Shown here one piece after another: positions 14,633 to 26,000 of a stretch of DNA of 64,000 nt. A model generated the notes under the pieces. The model did not search any database. It had not been told where the DNA came from and saw nothing but the letters and a program-made list of their open reading frames with translations. The first letter of the stretch is position 1, and every line of letters begins with the position of its first letter. The translations under genes were made by a program, and so were the position numbers. Origin of the DNA: Cycas panzhihuaensis (Eukaryota > Plantae > Cycadophyta); NCBI GenBank assembly GCA_023213395.1, contig CM041465.1, positions 168,585,741 to 168,649,740 on the forward strand. Direction: 5' to 3'.

Positions 14633-14644
14633 GCCCTCATACCA
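14633..14644 (-). promoter_or_regulatory. PBS (tRNA-iMet type) of copia A
   Basis: Minus-strand TGGTATGAGGGC directly after the LTR. Confidence 0.8.
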
Positions 14645-14815
14645 TGTTAAATAATGAGACTTCTCAAAAAGATGAGGAAGTCCTCCTTTTTATACTCCCA
14701 ACTTTATAACTGTTACATAGTTAATATATTAAATGTGTGGAATAAGTAGAGTGAGGGTTTAATTACATTGCCCCTCTTCTTTAATATATCTAGGATGAAA
14801 CATTATATTCTAATA
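14645..14815 (-). repeat. 5' LTR of copia A
   Basis: Copy of 9648-9847 with a ~29-bp internal deletion. Confidence 0.9.
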
Positions 14816-14832
14816 GAGCAAGTAGGCCTAGG

Positions 14833-16161
14833 TGTAAGTCTAATATATAATTTTGTATTTACATGAAAGTAGGCAATCAAAATATAAAACAAAGTGATGC
14901 AAAATTGATACAACGTAAATGCACTTCCTAATGTAATGTAAATGCTCCTTGATTTTATTTCCTTCTTTTTAAAAGAATAGAAGGTTCTTTTATTGTACTT
15001 ATATTTATCCTAGTTAGTGTTTTTCTTCATTATTATAAAAGAGCTTGAAATATTTGTTAAAAACATAAATACAAGTGATAAAAGGGTTGATCTTATAAGG
15101 GTTTATAAAAGTACTTTTGAGTCATAAATCAACTTGAAGCTCCAACAAAGAGAATGAGACATGTTTTTCTAGAAACTCAACAAATAGATTAAGATCTTTG
15201 AAAGGAATCTTTATCAAAATCCATTGTTGTAAAAGCAAAGAAGAAAATAAAGAAGATCATAGTGGCTTACTTTATAATTAGGAACTTAAAAGAGAGAGAA
15301 GAATATTCTAACTATTAGAAAGCTAGAAAAATAACTAAAGAATGACTCCTTGATAGCTTGACAAAAATGAAACTAGAAAAGAAACCTAATTGAGTTTTTC
15401 TTTTTATTACTTTATTCTAAATATAACAAACAAAGGGAAATAACTCACATTACAAATAAGTTTACTTAAGAAGAATTACTGATAGAGAGATAATAGTGCC
15501 TTAGATTAGTTTCTTTGGCCCATAATAAACTTCTAAACCTACTTCATAATTTGGTTGAAAGGAAGAAGGGAATTATAAAAGAAAAAGAAAGGGGTGAACT
15601 TAAGAAGACGAAGAGAATGGAGTGGGAGAATGAAAGAATAAAAAGAGAAGAAGGAGAGAATGAAGAGGAAAATGATTCAATTCAAGTCTTTAAAAGCTTC
15701 ATGAAATTTGAGATAGGCAAACAAGCTTGAAAGGGGGGATTTTCAACAACTTTAGAACTCTCCAAGACCTAGCCAAGTTTCTAAAGCCTTCTTAGCTTCC
15801 TTCTCTAAGTCTCCTCAAGATTTAGCACCAAGAAAGTTAATCTACAAAGACCAACTCTAAGATTTCATACAAGATACTTCAAACTCTTAGTTAAGACTTA
15901 GTTTACTTAATGGGGTAGTGGCCTATTTATAGGAGATAATTATGGGAGAACTAGTGGCAAATTTATTGGAAAGAGTGAGTTGTGGTCACTAATAGATCAA
16001 AATCTCTATGGAAAAGACCATGGCTTACTATTGTAAATTTTTTTTTGTGGCTAATAAGATGAAAAATGTGATACAGTGAAAAGCATGATCAATAAATGAA
16101 AAGTACTATAAAAAATGAACTAAAAATGTATTAAAAGTGAAGGTTGAGGCTTTGAGGGACA
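14833..16161 (-). repeat. Putative 3' LTR of Tat0
   Basis: Begins TGTCCCTC right after the PPT (16162-16170); TATAAATA at 15931-15924; ends ...GACTTACA at 14833. No partner LTR in the window. Confidence 0.55.
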
Positions 16162-16607
16162 TGCCCCCTACTAAGGCCCTCCTTGACCTACGATTCTCAC
16201 ATGGGTCTATTTTTGCTAATGCTTCCTCCTATTCTCAAGTTTATCAAATTTCTATTTTCTAGGGTTTATAAGGGATTATATTTAAAAGTATGTGAATATG
16301 ATGACTTTTGAGTATGGAACCTAAAGGAAGAAACTATGTATTAAATTCATTATAGAACATAGATATTTTATGATCTTTTTGGAGCCATAACTTCTAGGTT
16401 TTAGACTTGGAAAGAAACATTTGGCCTACCATAATTTAGGATTTATAGTAGACATATCTCTCAAAGTCATAGTTTATACTCTTTACACAGTATCACCCCC
16501 AAAGCACGAGTTTTGGCAAGAGGTGAAATATTTGACCTACTATAGTTTAAGCTCATTAGCAGGAAGATTTTTGGAGCTACAATTTATACTCTTTGTGGAG
16601 TAATAGA

Positions 16608-19532
16608 TTAAGCATAGTACTTCCTCAAAAATAGAGAGTTAACAAGTTTTTGGAATTTGAGTTTATCAAGAGTAGAGAGACAATAGGCCTCATTATTTAT
16701 GTCATCAATAATTAAATAAGGGCCTATTCATATGGCATGGGAAAATTTGTTGCTTTTCATATAATATTCAATTTTAATAACTTTATCCCCTACATGACTT
16801 TTTTTAGGTCTTAAATGTTGATCATAAGCTAATCAAGCATGATGTTTTGAAGCTAAATTCTTTTTTATGAGCATCAAGATGAGCTTCATCCATTTTCTCT
16901 AATTCCATGAGTCTTGCTTATCTCAGCCATTCCTCATCGATGAAGTGTTTGAGGTATATTCTTAGTGAAGGGATTTCTATTTCTAGTGGAAATATAACTT
17001 TGGTTCCATGGACTAATGAAAAAGGAGCCATTCTTGTTGTTATTCTAATTGAAGTATGAGAAGCCCACAAGGCAAGAAAGACCTAGTTATACTAATCTCA
17101 TTAACAATTAGCAACTATTTTGGCCAAAATATTTTTTAAGGTTTTATTAAAGACCTTAATTTAACCATTGGACTAGAGGTGATAAGGGGATGACATATTA
17201 TTGGTAATATGAAATTTAACATAAAGTTCATCGACTTAAGTATTACAAATAAAGATCCATTATCTGTAATGATAACGTCATGAATTCTAAATTGCCAAAT
17301 GATATGTTGAAAAATAAAAGTAGTAATTACTTTTCTGGTGGTATGGGTTAGGGGGATTTCTTCACTCCATTTTGTAAAATATTCAATGTCAATGATGATG
17401 AATTTAGGATTAGTGGATGATGGGGCATAGATTTGGCCAATAAGGTTAAGACTCCATTATGAGAAAGGCCAAGGAGTAAGAATTGACCTAAGTGAAGTGG
17501 TTGGTTGGTGAATCAAGGAAGAGTGTTGTTGCCATTTTTTATATTTTTTTATATATGAGTGTGAATCTTTGAACAAAGATGGCCAATAATAGTCCATTCA
17601 AAGGATTCAAAGAGTTGTTGACTAGCCACTAAAATAGATACCATAGATGCCATCATGACATTCAACTAGAGTAATTTGGGCCTCTAAATATAAGAGACAT
17701 CTTAACAAGATTTTGTCAAAAGAGCATTTGTATAATACATCATCTAGAAGAAGATATTAACATGTAAAGGCTCTTACTCTTTTTTGTTTCTTAGAATTGA
17801 CATTAGGGAGATAAGTTTGGTTAGTTAAATAGGTTTGAATGTCTTTATACCTCTTGTGATTGGCAAGGGCAATATTAACTTATAGAATATGTTCATCTAG
17901 AAGGAGATCATTGACACTTGTCAAATTATGATTAGGTAATGGTGATATATAATGTTGCTCAACAACAACCATTCCTTTCTTTAATTTATGATTAACTACC
18001 CATAATTCAAACTCTTGTAGGAGAAGGGCCCATTTACGAGCTCATCCTATTAAATATATCTTGGTAATTAATAAACAAATTAGGTTAGTTTGTGTTATGA
18101 CAAATGTCATGTTGACTAATAAGTAATGGTGTAGTTTCTTAGTAGCATAAAGTAGGGCCAAATATTCTTTTTTAGAGGAATGGTAACTAGGTTTAATAAC
18201 TACTAAGGTGTGACTAATGAAATAATTACACATTCTTTGGTAAATTTGTATTCTTTGGCTAACATGGCACCCAAGGACTCTTTGGTAGAGGAAGTATAAA
18301 GGATAAATGGTTTATCAAAGCAAGGTGTAATGGGAGTTGAAATGAGAGATTGTTCTAACTTATCAAAAGATTCTTGGGTGGTTGAAGTCCATTTAATAGG
18401 TACATCCTTCTTAAGAAGATGAGTTAAGGGTTTGGCATTTAAAGCAAAATCAACTATAAAATGTTTGAAGAAACCAAGTCTATCTAAGAAGGAGTTGACT
18501 TATTTTTTAGTATGGGGAGGTGGCATATCTACAATACTAGCTACTTTTTCTGTGTCTACTCTAATACCATCTCTAGAAATGATGTTACTTAGAATTTTTT
18601 AAGATGTAACTATAAAGACACATTTATTATGGTTTAAGAAAATTCAATATCTTTTACATCATTAAAAATTTATTCTTAGGTAAAAAACATGGCCTTTTTT
18701 GTGGTGTAATATGACTAACATATCATCAAGATATATAATAATGGTGTGTCCTAATAAATCATGAAAGATAAAAACCATGGCCTTTTGGTAGGTTGATCCA
18801 ACTAGACCAAAGGGCATAACTTTAAACATGAATATGCCCCAAGGAGTACTACAAGTGGTCTTATGATAGTCTTCATGGGAGACAATAATCAAATGACATC
18901 ATAAAAAATCATTTATAAGGGACATTAGCTCAAATCTAGTTATTTGGTCCTAAATTTAATTAATAAAAGGAAATGGGAACTTATCTTTAGGATAAGAATA
19001 ATTTATATCATGGAATTCAATGCATGTATAAATGGAGCCTTTCTTTTTAGCCATAGGAATGGTATTAGAAACCCACTAGGAGTAATCAATTAATTCGATG
19101 AACCTTACCTTAAGAAGTTTTTGATTTCTTATTTGATGACAACAGATAATCATGGGTAAATGGGTTTTTATTTTTTATATTTGGGTTTAATACTAGGTAA
19201 GCTTATAATGTTGTGAACCATAACCCCAGGCTAAAGGCCTTTCATGTTAGAATAGTCCCATATAAAAATGAAAGGAAATTCAATAAAGAGGTTATGTAAT
19301 TACTCAATTTCTAGAGAAGAATAGGTAACACCAACCTTAATTATCTTGGGTTCTTCTTGAGTTCTTATGTTTATATCAATAGTGTCTTCAACTAGTATTG
19401 TATTCCTGCTTCAAAATGGAAAGGGGTTGGATTGATGGATAATGAAAGAGGGGAATGATGATGATCATAAGTAGGTGAGGAGGGATCAAAGTGAATACAT
19501 TTAGCATACCCTAATTTATGATGGTTAGGTGG
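16608..19532 (-). pseudogene. pol: Tat0 pol: RT - degenerate RH - INT
   Basis: HKTTCSTPWGIFMFKVMPFGL...IYLDDML (RT), FDKPFILYTSSTKESLGAML (RH), PWPFS*WSLNLIG...KYFTKWSE (INT), C-terminus LVNSLFLRKYYA*. Confidence 0.9.
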
Positions 19533-22500
19533 TGTTTCCCAGCTACCATGAATGAACATGGACAACATCTCTTAGGTAGGCATAGGTATACATCTCTATC
19601 CCTACTCCTCGTTTACCTTAGGTTGTGATAAAATATTTGATGATTACATTTTGTATGGCATTGTTACATGCATGGTTGAGATGCCTATTTTGTCTGCCCA
19701 TTTTTGTGCATGTGATTATGATCTAGCCTATGATGACTTAAGACCATCATCCTATGGCACTATACAACCCCTCATGACACCTCCTCAGCATTCTCAAGTA
19801 CTCATGGGCCCTGATGGACCACCTTTTATTCACTATTGGAATTATACATGATCCCTAACACCTCATTTTAGGCTTGATCATCTTTATATATATCATTCAT
19901 CCCTTGTTGGGGCCTTTACTACCCTTTTTTACACATTTGGGAAGGTCCCATCAATGTTTAGAGGTCCTCTAAAGGCCTTACCAATCTAGCATACTACTCT
20001 GTAATGCCCTAGAAACTTTCTTTTAGGGGTCCCCTAGGCCTCCCTCTTATTTTTCCTTTTATTTTATTTGCATAGTGACAATATTCATGATACTACAAAG
20101 TTTATTGACCTTCGTAGCTTGGAAACAGATAGTTTTGCATTTATTATGAAACTAGCACATGGTAGACCATTATTTCCCACCTAAAATGAATCTGAATCAC
20201 TTAAGAAACCTAATTTAGGCATAAAAACTTAAATCCAAGTTCATTTTACCACTCTTAGCTCTCATACAAAAGGAAAAATGCCTCCTACCTGTACTTCAGG
20301 TTTTTCTTCCTATTCTTCTCTTCTGTAAGGATGAAACCCTAGAATGTAGCTATGTACTAGCTCTTCTCTAGTAGGTATTCCTTCCATGGTGCTCAATCTA
20401 GTAGAATCAATAAGTTTCACAAGTTTTTTAGCCTCATTCTTGCCTCTAAAAAGGAGCCTTTCTTCACCTAGCAAGAAGGGTCCTCATCTTTTCATTAGCA
20501 CATGAGGTAACATCCATTTTACTTTAGTTTTTTATGACTATATCAAGTTTATTTCTTATTGTTCTCCCATTTAGCAAGCATATTTGATATATATTTCTAC
20601 TTATTGCAAGTTTTTCATACATTTTTATCTCTTTTTAGGTGTCCAAAGGAAGGCAAATTCTTCCTTCCTCCTTGATTGCACCTCCATACCCCTTGGGTTC
20701 TTCTTAGGACATAAGTAGGTGGATTATGGGATTCCTTTGAGAGGGAGAAGAGGAGTCAATGGTTAGGGTTTAGACCCTCATAGCCATATCCTCTAGGGCA
20801 GCCCCCTAACTCTCTTAGCTTTCCTACCTCATATCCATCCTACACACCAAGAAACTCCTTAGGTGAGGGCCACTATTGGTCGTAGCATTTGTAGCACTTT
20901 ACAATGTCTGTAACCAACTCTTATACACATTATTTTGCAACAAGTTTCTTTGTATATTTTGCTATTTTATGATATTTTTATTTCCCTTTAATATCTTGCA
21001 AAAGTTGTAACATAGTGACTTTTGCAATAATTACACTTTTTGTAGCTTTTACAACTTCTTGATCCTTGTAAGTTGCATCACTTTTATTTGCTTAGAATTA
21101 TAAACCTTCTCCTAACTTGTTTCCTGGAGTACCCAAGCATGCAGGAGGTAGATTATTTGAGGGATCTAGCCATTTTGAGGCTCTCCTTTCTCTCACCTTC
21201 AAAACCCCCCTTTTCTCCAAAATATTACTTGGAAATATTTAAGTATATAGTACAAAGATTGAGAAGTGTATTGTTCCTCTTCTTTCATTAAATCAGGAAA
21301 GTTTAAATTTCATTTTGATAACTATATGTACACACATGCACATCCATTTGCGCATGCATATATATGTTATTGCTTGTTAAAAGGGTTTTCCCACAAGGAA
21401 ACTCCTCTTATCATAAGCAAGAAAGATTGTATTGAGAGGTATGTATATCTCATTTACATTTTTTTTCCTTTGAAACTTTCCTTTAAAGTTCTTTGCTATT
21501 TTGAAATACATTCCAAGGAAGGTAAGGAAGCCCCACCTATAGTTTCATCCACAATGCCAACTATGGCTTGGAGCATAGGGTGATTGGCAAAAGGAAGACA
21601 ATGAAGGGAAAGAGAGGCACTCCATCGACCAGCTTGTTTCCATATGCACTTCTTCCAACCTTCCTCTTCCTTCTTATCATTTTCTTCCCCTCTTTCTCTC
21701 CTAAAAAGGAAACCAGTTGCCTTTATACATAGCTTGCAATTATTTATTTTATTTACTCACATCTATCTAAGGCAAAGTATAAAGGAATATTATTTATATT
21801 TGGTCTCTTTGTCTTTGCATTAGTATGTATTGACCTTGTTTCCTCCTTTCCTCTTACATAAGCATGAAAAAGGATAACTTGGGCTAGAGCATCTCTTATT
21901 TCTCTCCTAAAAGGAAAGTGATGGAAAGGGTTTTCTTTTCTTTATTGCACCCTCCTCTTGCATTCACTCCACATATACAAGAGTAGGAATAAGAAAGGGA
22001 ACTTGGGATTTTGATAGTCATCCTTCTTCCATGCATCATTAAGGAAAGTTGCATAGGTCATCCGTACTCTTCCTCTTCTTTGTACCCCCTTTCTCCCTTT
22101 ATTTAATTCCTTTCTTGTTGATAAGGATGAAAGAGAGAGAGAGAGAGAGAGGATAAAAGGAGAGAGAGGTAGAGTATCTTTTGAGTTGCATTTTCTTGGC
22201 ATTGATAGTTTATATTGTTATACTATCTTTAAGTAAGACTAAGATATTACCTAAACCCTTAGTATACTTAGTCCACTTGCTTTGTTTAACCTAAACCCTA
22301 GAGGCATTCCTTTAGGTGATCTTTAGCAAGATGCACCATTAGTCTTGTCTTTTTTTAGATTTGGTTTCCCTTTCATATTATTTAACCAATTATTTCCCTC
22401 TCTTATTATGTAAGGCCCTACGCTATTAGGACTTACCTCTTATTTTCCTCTTTTTTAGGGAATAGATCTTTGATCCTCCCTCTCCTTCTTTCACTCGTCA

Positions 22501-22752
22501 GGATAGGAGAGTCCTTCCTTAGGATACTTAGCAAATCAAGGACACCCTTGCCTAACTCGAATCTAAGAAGGTACTTGCTAAAGGGGAAAGTCTTATCCAG
22601 TATTTATGGGTCTCTAAACATATATTTTGATGTATGGATGCCCTTTATGGGTGACCTATCCCCTTTCCCTCAAGGACCTTTAAGCCCTTGGCATAGTGAT
22701 AGTATAGACTTAATACCCTTATCCTTAGTTACCCCCTAGAGGCGTGCTTCCA
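19533..22752 (+). repeat. 5' LTR of Tat1 (3220 bp)
   Basis: TGTTTCCCAGC...GTGCTTCCA; collinear with 34789-37117 plus 42135-42913. Confidence 0.92.
22132..22151 (+). repeat. (AG)10 microsatellite in the Tat1 5' LTR
   Basis: Read directly; shorter and interrupted in the 3' LTR copy (~42286-42300). Confidence 0.85.
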
Positions 22753-22753
22753 C

Positions 22754-22771
22754 TGGCAACCGTACTAGGGA
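22754..22771 (+). promoter_or_regulatory. PBS of Tat1 (tRNA-Arg-like)
   Basis: TGGCAACCGTACTAGGGA, 1 nt after the LTR; resembles the TGGCGAC...CTGGGGA tRNA-Arg PBS type of Tat/Ogre elements. Confidence 0.75.
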
Positions 22772-23009
22772 CCTGCTAGTAAAGGAACCAGTCTAGTTTC
22801 CTTTGGATTAGCATTGCCTTTATCTTTTGGCATCCCTTCCCTGATTCATTGGGAAACCCCCAACATCCTTTACTTCACTTGTCTCTCTTCCTTCTAGAGT
22901 CTTAGGAGGAACTTGAATGAGATAATTCTCTCATCGTTTACAAGGTCTCCCTCCTTCTTTGGAAGAGTCACCTTATTCTCCCTTTCCCTTGTTTGATTTT
23001 GAATCAACC

Positions 23010-26000
23010 ATGGAGGGATTCTCTTCAGAATGGTCCTATCATGCCTATATTTTCGAAGCTCAACAACAACCTTCAACCTTCTTCTAGGGTCCCACCCAAG
23101 AGGGAAATGATCCTATATTTTATCCAAGTGACTGGAAGTACTCAAGTATCTACTGTCTCCCTACACATGGTGTAGGGGCTTCTTCTCTGATGGGATATCA
23201 CCACCTTGGTGAGAGTGCCCATGAGAATCACCTTGTGGGGTGTACTTAATTTAAGGAACCTTTTACCTCATATGAATAAGTAAGAACCCCTCCTATAGAT
23301 GTAGTGGAAGTATTACACCAATGCTTCTAAGTTGCAAGTCTCCAACCACCCCTAAAGTGGTTGGAAAGTATCTTGCATGGTGTAGCGCCTTCCTCTTCTG
23401 CATCTACACCTCCTTATTCCTCCCATTCCACTTTGATATCCATAATAGGGCCATCCCTTATTCTTTCTTCTTCCTTATGTATCCCCCATACTTTAGGGAC
23501 TACCCGAGGTATACTCACCTCCTAAATTAGGTTGAGTATACCTCCTCCTAGCCAAGTGACTGTGTCTCAACTAATCATGGTCCATCCATCTCTAACTTGA
23601 CCTAAGGGACCTTTATTTCCCCCTTCTCATAGCCATGTAGGGAACATCCCCATACATTCCCAACCTCAACCTAGGGATCCTTCTCTTTATGTACCCCTGG
23701 GATACACTTCCCAATCATGGGGGCATGGAAAGGGAAATATCCTTCCTATCTATGGGTGGACTCCCTCCACCCACATGCCATTTCACCACCTATAGGTGGT
23801 TCATATGGGCAGAATCCTATTCCACACCCATCTATTTCATCTTCGTATGTCACCTTGTATGTAGTGCCTTTGTAAGGAGGATAGACTCCTCCCCAAGGCT
23901 CCTTTCCCCAAGTTCCCTTTCAATAAGGGGCATACCCTTAAGGGGGAATGGGTCCCTCTTACCCATTCACCACTCTCCTAATTCCTCCTCATTTAGGATT
24001 AGTCCCTTCCCATCAAGGGGGAGGGAATTCATATCCCCCTTTTAATCAAATCTCTTAAGAAGGATTTAGGTATCCATGTCCACCTCCTCCTTTGTCTTTT
24101 ATTGACCCATCAGTTTAACCAAGGGCCCATCCCTTCATTGACTATAGGTTAACTCTTGTATCTATCAAGGCATTAAGGACCAACTTACCACCTCATTCCC
24201 CTAAGGTGCCCAAGTTTTATGGGACCTCTTTGCAAGACCTAGCCGAGCATGTTAAGAGTTTCTCCATGGCATGTATTGATTATTGGGCCTATGATCATAT
24301 CTTAATGAAACTTTCTCCATGTTCCTTGTAGGATGATGCCCTTAAGTGGTTCTATTACCTCCCTTCGCATTCAATTCATTCATTCCAACAACTAGTGGAT
24401 GAGTTCGTTAACTATTTTAATACGCCCTTAAGTGGTTTTGTTGCCTCCCTGCCCATTCGATTCATTCATTCCAAGAACTTGTGGATGAGTTCGTTAACTA
24501 TTTTAATATTGCTCATCCCTTTAAGAGCAAAATGAAAGCCTTACTTTCCTTTAAACAAGGTCACGAGGAGATGAACTGTGACTTTGTTAAGTGCTTTCAT
24601 GATCTTGTTCACTCCACGAAGGCCACATTGCTTGAGGAGCTAAAGAGGGATCTCTTCATGAATTCCCTCCATCCTGAGGTATATGTTGAGGTCTGTAAAA
24701 TGGGGGCAACAATATATAATTCTGCCATAGCTAAGTACTTGGCTCTTGAGGCTATTTAGATCCAAGTAGGTCTCAAGAAACCTCTTAAACCATCACAATG
24801 ATGAGAGGCACCTCCTCCATCATATGACATCAAACCCCAACAACTGTAAAAGTCTTCAACCCACTCAATGAAGAAGACTTTAGATCCCTTGACCTCTGCC
24901 ATATATTCTTTTGAACATATGATAAAGGAGCTTAAGCTTCGAGCTCCTCCCTCATTACCAAACTCCCATAGACCTATTCACTAGGCTTCCTAAGTAGCAC
25001 CTCCTAAGGATGGAAATACTCATTCCTGTTAAACAAGGAAGATTAAGCCTTCCTTGAAAAAGAAGCGGTGCTCCATCCATGGTGACTGCTTTCATAAGGA
25101 CTCGCAATATAGGGCACAATGCTCTAAAACTTCTCCACATCATGATTCCTCCCCTAGGCAAATATCTAAGCCCAATCTAGACTAGCATATCCATAGAGAT
25201 CCCTTCCCCAAACATGGGGAATGAGATTAGCATACCTAGCATAGAGGGAATTAGAATAGGGGAAGATCTCCTAACCCTTATCCTATTCAAGCTAAAGGGA
25301 AGGAGAATAGAAGTTATTCCTCTTCTTATGATTCTTGCCATCGAACCCCTTCACCTTCTCGATCTTAAAATAAAGGAAAGAAAGTCATCTAGATGCTCGA
25401 GACCATACCCATATATGCTTTGACTAGGTCTCAAGCAGCTAAAGAGGCCATAGGTATCTCTTCTTCTTCTTATCTTGATCCTCCCTTAAATAACCCTCCT
25501 TCTAAGATTCCTTTACTCCCTAAGTCCATTCTTGTCTACCTGGGTCAATATGATTTTTGAAGGGTACTTCCCCAACCAATTGTGAAAGGGAAACCCTTCT
25601 CAATCATAGATGAGTTTCATATTATGGCTGTAAGGATGTTTATGATGGACATCTTAAGGAGTTGCCTAGACCAATATGCTCTCCTTTTGGAGACTTTAGG
25701 TTTGGTGGATATATCCATCCATGCTTTGAGTGTTTCCCTAGGTTGGGAGCCCATCGTCTCTTTTAACCTTAAAGATCTCCCCCTAACCAGTGAAAGGGAA
25801 TACCAATGGCATTACCCTTTCACCATATCTATAGACACTCCTGAGTGTACCCTCAAAAGAACTATTATGGACAATGATTCTTCTATTAATGCTATACCTT
25901 TATGTATTATGTAGGAGTTAGGTATAATAGCTCTTGAGCCAGTTTCGTGGCATTGTCAAGGCTATGATAATAATAAGAAAATGCCCTTAAGTTATGTCTC

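Larger units (their letters stand above)
9648..14815 (-). mobile_element. Ty1/copia LTR retrotransposon A (complete, decayed)
   Basis: LTRs at 9648-9847 and 14645-14815, perfect TSD GAGCA (9643-9647 / 14816-14820), PBS and PPT on the minus strand, gag-PR-INT-RT-RH order. Confidence 0.95.

Noticed and set aside
20278-20506. ATG-initiated Ser/Pro-rich frame in the Tat1 LTR
   Set aside because: The same stop codons occur in both LTR copies, so it was probably non-coding at insertion.
21266-21583. ORF shared by both Tat1 LTRs (also 36667-36876; similarly 21942-22202 and 22470-22739 with 42106-42938)
   Set aside because: The similarity simply reflects LTR duplication. There is no recognisable domain, and starts and stops differ between copies.
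22754-22771. tRNA gene
   Set aside because: Only an 18-nt complement of a tRNA 3' end (a PBS); no cloverleaf or A/B boxes.
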